From positions 13,927-19,691 of the forward strand of contig CAZSRE010000002.1 of NCBI GenBank assembly GCA_964609195.1: a DNA stretch of 5,765 bases, written 5' to 3'. Source of the DNA: Candidatus Woesearchaeota archaeon (GTDB lineage Archaea; Nanobdellota; Nanobdellia; SCGC-AAA011-G17; GCA-2687815). Positions 1 to 4,378 of the stretch are shown one piece after another. The notes under the pieces were generated by a model, which had not been told where the DNA came from, made no database searches, and saw only the letters and a program-made list of their open reading frames with translations. The position numbers were made by a program, and so were the translations under genes. Positions within the stretch are counted from its first letter, which is position 1; every line of letters starts with the position of its first letter.

Positions 1-363
1 CATCTGCCAGGAGACACTATAGTATATTATAATTCTTCAGATCCTAATACTGACCCGCTAAGCGGGCAGATATTTACTTCAGATTCTGAATCTATAAATC
101 AAGTTGGAGTAACTATTGGAGGAGAAGATTTTACTCATGTTGTTCCTGTTAAGCTTGGATCTTTCAGCTCAAACTATTATTCTACAAGCCTGGCTTCTGT
201 GGATAATCTTAGAATAGATGTTCTTGGAGTTCCTTACCTATATGACAGGGGAAGCACAGACAATTCATTTGATGTTGTATTTAGAACTGAAAATGAAGAG
301 TTTGGAACTCCTAATGTAGAAACTTGCCAGTATTCTGGATCTAGAGCGTGGACTTCATGCTAA
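1..363 (+). CDS. 3' end of a CDS entering from upstream of the window (120 codons plus TAA). Product unknown, probably a secreted or pilin-family-related protein.
   Basis: Frame 1 has no stop from nt 1 to TAA at 361-363. It is absent from the ORF track only because no start lies in the window. The translation ends ...FRTENEEFGTPNVETCQYSGSRAWTSC. This terminal Cys pair resembles the C-terminus of the 847..1299 protein (...EQATCDSRKVAIEIDASSC). It is Ser/Thr/Asn/Asp-rich like an extracellular protein. Confidence 0.55.
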   Translation, partial: HLPGDTIVYYNSSDPNTDPLSGQIFTSDSESINQVGVTIGGEDFTHVVPVKLGSFSSNYYSTSLASVDNLRIDVLGVPYLYDRGSTDNSFDVVFRTENEEFGTPNVETCQYSGSRAWTSC

Positions 364-368
364 ACAAG

Positions 369-384
369 CCTTTTAGAAAAAGCC
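369..384 (+). terminator. CCTTTTAGAAAAAGCC motif (T-tract plus mini-palindrome) 6 nt after the upstream stop codon. Candidate archaeal oligo-T terminator or conserved 3'-end element.
   Basis: CTTTT (370-374) and AAAAG (378-382) are complementary around a 3-nt loop. Near-identical copies occur at 4292-4307 and 5748-5762, with a variant at 1354-1367, all at gene 3' ends. Archaeal intrinsic termination is known to use T-tracts. Confidence 0.35.
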
Positions 385-410
385 TTGAGGGAAAAGAAAA
401 TAAAAAGAAA

Positions 411-418
411 GAGGAGGT
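411..418 (+). promoter_or_regulatory. Shine-Dalgarno site GAGGAGGT for the 428 TTG start
   Basis: GAGGAGGT lies 9 nt upstream of TTG 428. TTG 428 is the only ATG/GTG/TTG in this frame after the in-frame TAA at 401-403. Confidence 0.6.
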
Positions 419-427
419 TTCGGAACC

Positions 428-826
428 TTGGTTCTGAATAAGAGAGGAGTAGAGACATTAATAGCCTGGGTGTTATTAGTTGGATTAGGAATAACTCTTG
501 CTGCATTAGTAACTAACTGGGCAATAGGAAACGTAAAGCAATTCAAACCAGGTGAGAGCGCTGATATAGACCTTTACTGTCCTGATTTGTCAATAAATAT
601 AAATAGTACATGCCATATAAAGAACACAGGATTATTTGGGGTGGATAAGATAATAATACAAGCAGGAAGCACAAGCAAAGTAATTTTGAGCCCAAGATTG
701 TTGCCTAGAGAAACTAGGCAATATGGAAGCATAACAAACTGCAATCCAGGGAATGGTTATATTCCTGTAACTGTTAATGAAGAAGGGAGGGATATTGCCT
801 GCGCAGAGAAGAAAGTAGTAATTTAA
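428..826 (+). CDS. Archaeal type IV pilin-like protein (class III signal peptide), paralog 1
   Basis: TTG start with a strong SD. The N-terminus (M)VLNKRG|VETLIAWVLLVGLGITLAALV has a short basic n-region ending in KRG followed by a ~20-aa hydrophobic helix, the prepilin-peptidase substrate layout. It has four Cys (LYC-x10-C, then TNC-x19-C). The segment YIPVTVNEEGRDIAC aligns with EVIPVWYSGDEQATC and DVIPQIKLDDGTLRAC in the next two genes. Confidence 0.75.
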   Translation: MVLNKRGVETLIAWVLLVGLGITLAALVTNWAIGNVKQFKPGESADIDLYCPDLSININSTCHIKNTGLFGVDKIIIQAGSTSKVILSPRLLPRETRQYGSITNCNPGNGYIPVTVNEEGRDIACAEKKVVI

Positions 827-846
827 GCAAGAAAGGAATATCCCCT

Positions 847-1299
847 TTGATAGCCACTGTATTGCTGATAGGGTTTGCACTTGCTGTAGCTGCTGTTGTC
901 ATATTCTGGGGTACTGGGATAATCCGTGGACAGATTGATAAGACAGCAGGATTTGCGCAGGGAAAGTTAGATTGCGAGTCACAGGTAGAGATTGATATTG
1001 ATAATGCAAGATGCAAGCCTGGCGGAGGAGCTGTAATAGTTGATGTTGAAAACCTTAAGAGCATAGCATTGCCTAATTTGAGGGGCAGAGTTGTTGGGGA
1101 GAATAGCCAGGCGACAAGCAGCATTGCTGGTGTTGCTCTGGATGGAAATGAGAAGAAAACAATAGAATTTGTTTATGATACTACAAAGATCAGCATGCCA
1201 AAGGCAATTGAGGTAATTCCTGTATGGTATTCTGGAGATGAGCAGGCTACATGCGACAGCAGGAAGGTAGCTATAGAGATAGATGCTAGCAGCTGTTAA
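847..1299 (+). CDS. Archaeal type IV pilin-like protein, paralog 2. The annotated TTG start is probably not the biological N-terminus (see findings).
   Basis: From TTG 847 the protein begins (M)IATVLLIGFALAVAAVVIFW. The same frame is open back to 781 and encodes ...SKKGISP directly upstream, completing the KKG|ISPLIATVLLIG archaeal pilin N-terminal motif seen in the 1377..1919 gene. It has four Cys (C-x12-C and C-x13-C, the last being the C-terminal residue). Stop is TAA 1297-1299. Confidence 0.8.
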   Translation: MIATVLLIGFALAVAAVVIFWGTGIIRGQIDKTAGFAQGKLDCESQVEIDIDNARCKPGGGAVIVDVENLKSIALPNLRGRVVGENSQATSSIAGVALDGNEKKTIEFVYDTTKISMPKAIEVIPVWYSGDEQATCDSRKVAIEIDASSC

Positions 1300-1307
1300 T
1301 AGCAAGC

Positions 1308-1315
1308 TATAAATA
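1308..1315 (+). promoter_or_regulatory. Candidate TATA box (TATAAATA) for the third pilin gene
   Basis: An AT-rich octamer resembling the archaeal TATA consensus lies 9 nt after the paralog-2 stop. It would place a TSS near 1338, upstream of ATG 1377/1401. No BRE is obvious. Confidence 0.3.
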
Positions 1316-1325
1316 TTAGTAAGAG

Positions 1326-1370
1326 CTTTCTTTAAAAGAAAGTTCGCAAAGAAGCTTTTCTAAAAGCTTC
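1326..1370 (+). promoter_or_regulatory. Two adjacent hairpin-forming inverted repeats in the pilin intergenic region. Function is unclear: terminator, 5'-UTR structure or operator.
   Basis: CTTTCTTT (1326-1333) pairs with AAAGAAAG (1335-1342). GAAGCTTTT (1351-1359) and AAAAGCTTC (1362-1370) form a perfect 9+9 inverted repeat with a 2-nt spacer. Both are read directly from the sequence. Confidence 0.4.
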
Positions 1371-1376
1371 AGCAAA

Positions 1377-1919
1377 ATGAACTTTTCAAAGAGAGGTTAT
1401 ATGAAAAAAGGTTTATCTCCTTTAATAGCAACAGTATTACTCATAGGGATAACAATATCATTGGCTTCCCTAGTCATGGTTTGGGGGCAGGCCTTGTTTA
1501 AACAAACTACAGAAGATACTGGCAAGAGTGCACAGGCAGAGATAAATTGTATTTCTAAGGTGCAAGTTGATATTCTAAATGCTTCTTGTGTTGGTGGAAG
1601 TGCGCCTATGAATCTAGTAGTTGATAACAAAAATGAGGAGCCTGTTTATGGATTTATTGTAAGGATGTATTACGTTGGAGGCAATGTAGAGACTAAAACT
1701 CTATCTCCAGCCGGAGGATGTTTTACTGGAGGATGTACTCTACCATTAGATTCATTCAATGCAAGAACATATGCTATACTATTCACATCAACAGGGGGGT
1801 TAACAAAGGTTGATGTCATTCCCCAGATTAAGCTTGATGATGGGACATTGAGGGCATGCGGCCAGAAAATAGATACGTTCACTCTGATATCGCCAAATCT
1901 AGAAGGCGGATGCAGTTAG
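1377..1919 (+). CDS. Archaeal type IV pilin-like protein, paralog 3. An alternative and perhaps preferred start is ATG 1401.
   Basis: MNFSKRGY-MKKG|LSPLIATVLLIGITISLASLV is a textbook archaeal pilin/archaellin-like N-terminal domain. GAGAGG (1391-1396) sits 4 nt before ATG 1401, whereas there is no SD before ATG 1377. It has six Cys: C-x12-C after the helix, CFTGGC, and C-x17-C near the C-terminus. Stop is TAG 1917-1919. Confidence 0.85.
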   Translation: MNFSKRGYMKKGLSPLIATVLLIGITISLASLVMVWGQALFKQTTEDTGKSAQAEINCISKVQVDILNASCVGGSAPMNLVVDNKNEEPVYGFIVRMYYVGGNVETKTLSPAGGCFTGGCTLPLDSFNARTYAILFTSTGGLTKVDVIPQIKLDDGTLRACGQKIDTFTLISPNLEGGCS

Positions 1920-1934
1920 TTCTAAAGGAGAGAT

Positions 1935-2450
1935 ATGAAAAAGGGAGATACATGGATTTCAGCAGTTCTTTATATAGCTCTTGGAACTATAATAGTTGCC
2001 ATGCTGCTTGCGGCAGGCATTCCGGTAATAAACAAGATAAGGGACAGGAATATCATACTCGAGACAAAAGATGTCATGTTCGGCATTAACAATGCTGTAA
2101 GGACTGTTATAAGAGAAGGGCCAGGAAGCCAGAGAAGCTTTACAATATCAATAGAGAGGGGAAGCTTGATCATCAGCGATGCTGGTGATAGCATCAACTG
2201 GACAATGGAGAGCAAGACTATTTTTAGCGAGATTGGCCTGCCTATAAGAGATGGAGACATATTAATGACAACAAGAAAGACAAATTCAGCAGGGAGGTAT
2301 GATGTAGAGCTTTCTTTAAGGTATAATGGGTTGGCTGATCTTAGATTATTTGGAGATTCCAATATTATAGGAAGAAAAGAATTGACTGTCAAAAACAATG
2401 GAGCAGATCCTGGGAGCGGAGAGATCATAGTAGAGATTAGAAGCCAATAG
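1935..2450 (+). CDS. Class-III-signal-peptide protein (minor pilin-like or pilus accessory protein), unrelated to the three Cys-paired paralogs
   Basis: SD AAGGAG (1925-1930) lies 4 nt before ATG 1935. The N-terminus MKKG|DTWISAVLYIALGTIIVAMLLAAGIPV has a basic n-region ending in G followed by a hydrophobic helix. The rest is soluble, looks beta-rich and has no Cys. It sits immediately upstream of the ATPase. Confidence 0.7.
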   Translation: MKKGDTWISAVLYIALGTIIVAMLLAAGIPVINKIRDRNIILETKDVMFGINNAVRTVIREGPGSQRSFTISIERGSLIISDAGDSINWTMESKTIFSEIGLPIRDGDILMTTRKTNSAGRYDVELSLRYNGLADLRLFGDSNIIGRKELTVKNNGADPGSGEIIVEIRSQ

Positions 2451-2459
2451 CTTAGTTCT

Positions 2460-2474
2460 GGAAAAGTATATAAA
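2460..2474 (+). promoter_or_regulatory. Candidate archaeal BRE plus TATA box (GGAAAAG TATATAAA) driving a leaderless ATPase mRNA
   Basis: TATATAAA at 2467-2474 is preceded by a purine-rich BRE-like GGAAAAG. The TATA centre is about 26-27 nt upstream of ATG 2497, the canonical archaeal TATA-to-TSS distance. No SD lies between them. Confidence 0.5.
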
Positions 2475-2489
2475 TTATAGATCTATAAT
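2474..2489. promoter_or_regulatory. Perfect 16-bp palindrome ATTATAGATCTATAAT between the TATA box and the ATPase start. Candidate operator.
   Basis: The sequence is its own reverse complement. It abuts the TATA box and ends 7 nt before ATG 2497. Confidence 0.4.
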
Positions 2490-2496
2490 CTAGCAT

Positions 2497-4086
2497 ATGT
2501 TTTGGAAAAAGAGGGCAGGTGTTCTAAAAGCTAGTGGAGATGAGCCTATCTTTACTATAGAAGCCAGACCTAGGGCTGTCACGCTTCCGGAGTTCAAGGA
2601 TGCTAGGGACGTGAATATCAGATATCCTTTATTGCCTCCTTATGCATATGCCCATATATTCTGGGACACAGAGAATAAGGAACTTGTGTATGTTGTTGAA
2701 GAGCCTATACTGACAGATGATGACAGGAAAGTACTATCTTTCTTAGAAGATGGAATTAAAGAATTGATTAATATAAGCTTCATAAGCGTAAAAGAAGGAG
2801 AGACTGTCATAAGATACTTAGAGAAGAACATTAATGTCCTGCTATCTGAGCTTGGAATAAAACTTAGTACCGAAAGCTATCTCAAGCTTATGTATTATAT
2901 TTATAGAGACTTTGTAGGCATGAATGAGATTGAACCATTTTTAGCTGATTATTATGTAGAAGATGTAGAGTGCAATGGAGCTAATTCTCCAATATATCTA
3001 GTACATAGAAAGTATAGGAATGTAAGAACTAATGTTATCTTTACTTCTGCTACTAAACTATCAAACATGGTAGAGAAGCTGGCGCAGAAATGCGGGAAGT
3101 ATATTTCTTATGCAAATCCATTGCTTGATGGAAGCTTGCCTGATGGATCTAGGGTAAATGCAACATTTGCGACTGACGTAAGCAGCAAAGGACCTACTTT
3201 TACACTCAGGAAATTTACTAAAGAGCCATGGACTCCAACTAGACTTATAGAAATGGGAACTGTAAGCCCAGAAATACTTGCTTACCTATGGTTGACGATA
3301 GAGTACGAGAGCAATATAATGATAATTGGAGGGACAGCTTCTGGAAAAACTACTTTATTGAATGCGCTCGCTTTTTTCATACCTCCTCAGGCTAGAGTAG
3401 TAAGCATAGAGGACACTCGCGAACTTAATTTACATCATGAGAACTGGCTGCCTAGCGTGTCTAGGGAAGGCATTGGATTAGCTGGAAGGGAAGGCAATAA
3501 GTATGGGGAGGTAAGCTTGTTTGACCTTCTTAAGGAAAGCTTCAGGCAAAATCCAGATTATGTTATTGTCGGAGAGGTAAGAGGAGCAGAGGCTTATGTC
3601 TTGTTCCAGGGCGCTTCCGCAGGACATCCATCATTTTCTACAATGCATGCAAATTCTGTCGGAACAATGATAAGGAGACTGGAAACACCGCCAATAAACC
3701 TTTCTGCTTCTCTAGTTAATTCTCTTGATGTAGTTTGCGTAATGACACAGACTAAACTAGGAGGGAAAGAAGTAAGAAGATTGAGAGAAGTAGATGAGAT
3801 TGTAGACGTAAAAGAAGGCATAGGCAATTATACAATAAACGTTCCATTCATCTGGGATGCTAGGAATGACAGATTCTATTACAAGACAGAGAGCCACATA
3901 TTCAACAAATTGTATGTGCATTATGGAGTAACTAAAGGAGAACTTGAGAGAGAGTTCATGCTTAGGGCTAAACTACTTTTTGAGGTTACAAAGCAGAAAA
4001 TATTTGGGTTTAGAGAAGTGCAGGAGATAATTAATGCCTATTATAAAACTCCACAGACAGTACTAAAGAAGTTTGGAGTAATATGA
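2497..4086 (+). CDS. Archaeal type IV pilus/archaellum-family assembly ATPase (FlaI/ArlI/PilB-like, GspE/VirB11 secretion ATPase superfamily)
   Basis: Walker A is GGTASGKTT (3328-3354). An Asp-box-like VVSIEDTRELNL follows. Walker B is DYVIVGEVRG (3556-3585) and the His box is GHPSFSTMHANS. The N-terminal domain motif YPLLPPYAYAHIFWDTENKELVYVVEEPIL is typical of archaeal FlaI-like ATPases. At 529 aa it is the usual size for the family. Confidence 0.95.
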   Translation: MFWKKRAGVLKASGDEPIFTIEARPRAVTLPEFKDARDVNIRYPLLPPYAYAHIFWDTENKELVYVVEEPILTDDDRKVLSFLEDGIKELINISFISVKEGETVIRYLEKNINVLLSELGIKLSTESYLKLMYYIYRDFVGMNEIEPFLADYYVEDVECNGANSPIYLVHRKYRNVRTNVIFTSATKLSNMVEKLAQKCGKYISYANPLLDGSLPDGSRVNATFATDVSSKGPTFTLRKFTKEPWTPTRLIEMGTVSPEILAYLWLTIEYESNIMIIGGTASGKTTLLNALAFFIPPQARVVSIEDTRELNLHHENWLPSVSREGIGLAGREGNKYGEVSLFDLLKESFRQNPDYVIVGEVRGAEAYVLFQGASAGHPSFSTMHANSVGTMIRRLETPPINLSASLVNSLDVVCVMTQTKLGGKEVRRLREVDEIVDVKEGIGNYTINVPFIWDARNDRFYYKTESHIFNKLYVHYGVTKGELEREFMLRAKLLFEVTKQKIFGFREVQEIINAYYKTPQTVLKKFGVI

Positions 4087-4322
4087 GTTTAGAAATGATA
4101 AGACAGAATGCGAGAAGCATAACCGAATTAATGGATAGTTATGATAAGCTTGTAAAGCTTCAATTATATATGCTGGAAAAACATGATAGCAGCCAGAAGC
4201 TTAATGAACTCAATGAAAAGATACTACAGCTTAAGACATATTTCTTGAAGCTTGTAACCAACATAGAAACTCTTGTAAAACAAGAAGAGAACCTTTTAGG
4301 AAAAGCTTCACCAAAAACGTAA
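4083..4322 (+). CDS. Small (79 aa) predicted coiled-coil protein, hypothetical, translationally coupled to the ATPase
   Basis: Its ATG (4083-4085) overlaps the ATPase TGA (4084-4086) in an ATGA arrangement. The sequence is Leu/Lys/Glu/Gln-rich with heptad-like spacing (KLVKLQLYMLEK...LNELNEKILQLKTYFLKLVTNIETLVKQEENLL). I recognise no family. Confidence 0.55.
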   Translation: MSLEMIRQNARSITELMDSYDKLVKLQLYMLEKHDSSQKLNELNEKILQLKTYFLKLVTNIETLVKQEENLLGKASPKT

Positions 4323-4368
4323 CCAAAAACGTAACCAAAAGTATAACAAAAGTATAACAAAATGCTAA
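4311..4368 (+). repeat. Tandem 12/11-nt repeat with five copies: CCAAAAACGTAA x2, CCAAAAGTATAA, CAAAAGTATAA, CAAAATGCTAA
   Basis: Read directly from the sequence. The A4-5 tracts begin at 4313, 4325, 4337, 4348 and 4359, a period of 12, 12, 11 and 11 nt. A possible degenerate sixth copy lies at 4300-4310. The first copy contains the small-ORF stop codon, and the array ends 10 nt before ATG 4379. Confidence 0.9.
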
Positions 4369-4378
4369 GAGACATAAT

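Noticed and set aside
397-406. AAAATAAAAA as a TATA box giving a leaderless transcript at TTG 428
   Set aside because: It matches the TATA consensus poorly. A leaderless mRNA starting with TTG is unlikely, and the strong GAGGAGGT SD at 411-418 implies a leadered or polycistronic mRNA.
781-846. Programmed -1 frameshift fusing pilin 1 (frame 2) to pilin 2 (frame 1)
   Set aside because: There is no X XXY YYZ slippery heptamer in the overlap; GAG AAG AAA GTA does not re-pair after a -1 slip. A fusion would also bury a second prepilin helix inside a mature pilin, which makes no structural sense.
1322-1335. 14-nt exact repeat AGAGCTTTCTTTAA, also present at 2306..2319 inside the 1935..2450 CDS
   Set aside because: It is a low-complexity T/A-rich string. 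One such coincidence is plausible in 5.8 kb of AT-rich DNA, and the second copy is ordinary coding sequence (VELSLR).
1856-2089. 77-aa + strand ORF overlapping the end of pilin 3 and the start of the 1935..2450 gene
   Set aside because: It is out of frame with two well-supported genes, has no SD, and its translation is basic and low-complexity. I regard it as a chance open frame.
4320-4346. Stop-codon recoding or read-through suggested by three in-frame TAA codons (PKT* PKT* PKV*)
   Set aside because: TAA, TAG and TGA all terminate well-supported genes in this window, at family-typical protein lengths. The in-frame stops follow from the 12-nt repeat period and are not evidence of recoding.
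4311-4368. CRISPR array or mini-array
   Set aside because: The units are 11-12 nt, directly abutting with no spacers, and far shorter than CRISPR repeats. This is a simple tandem repeat.
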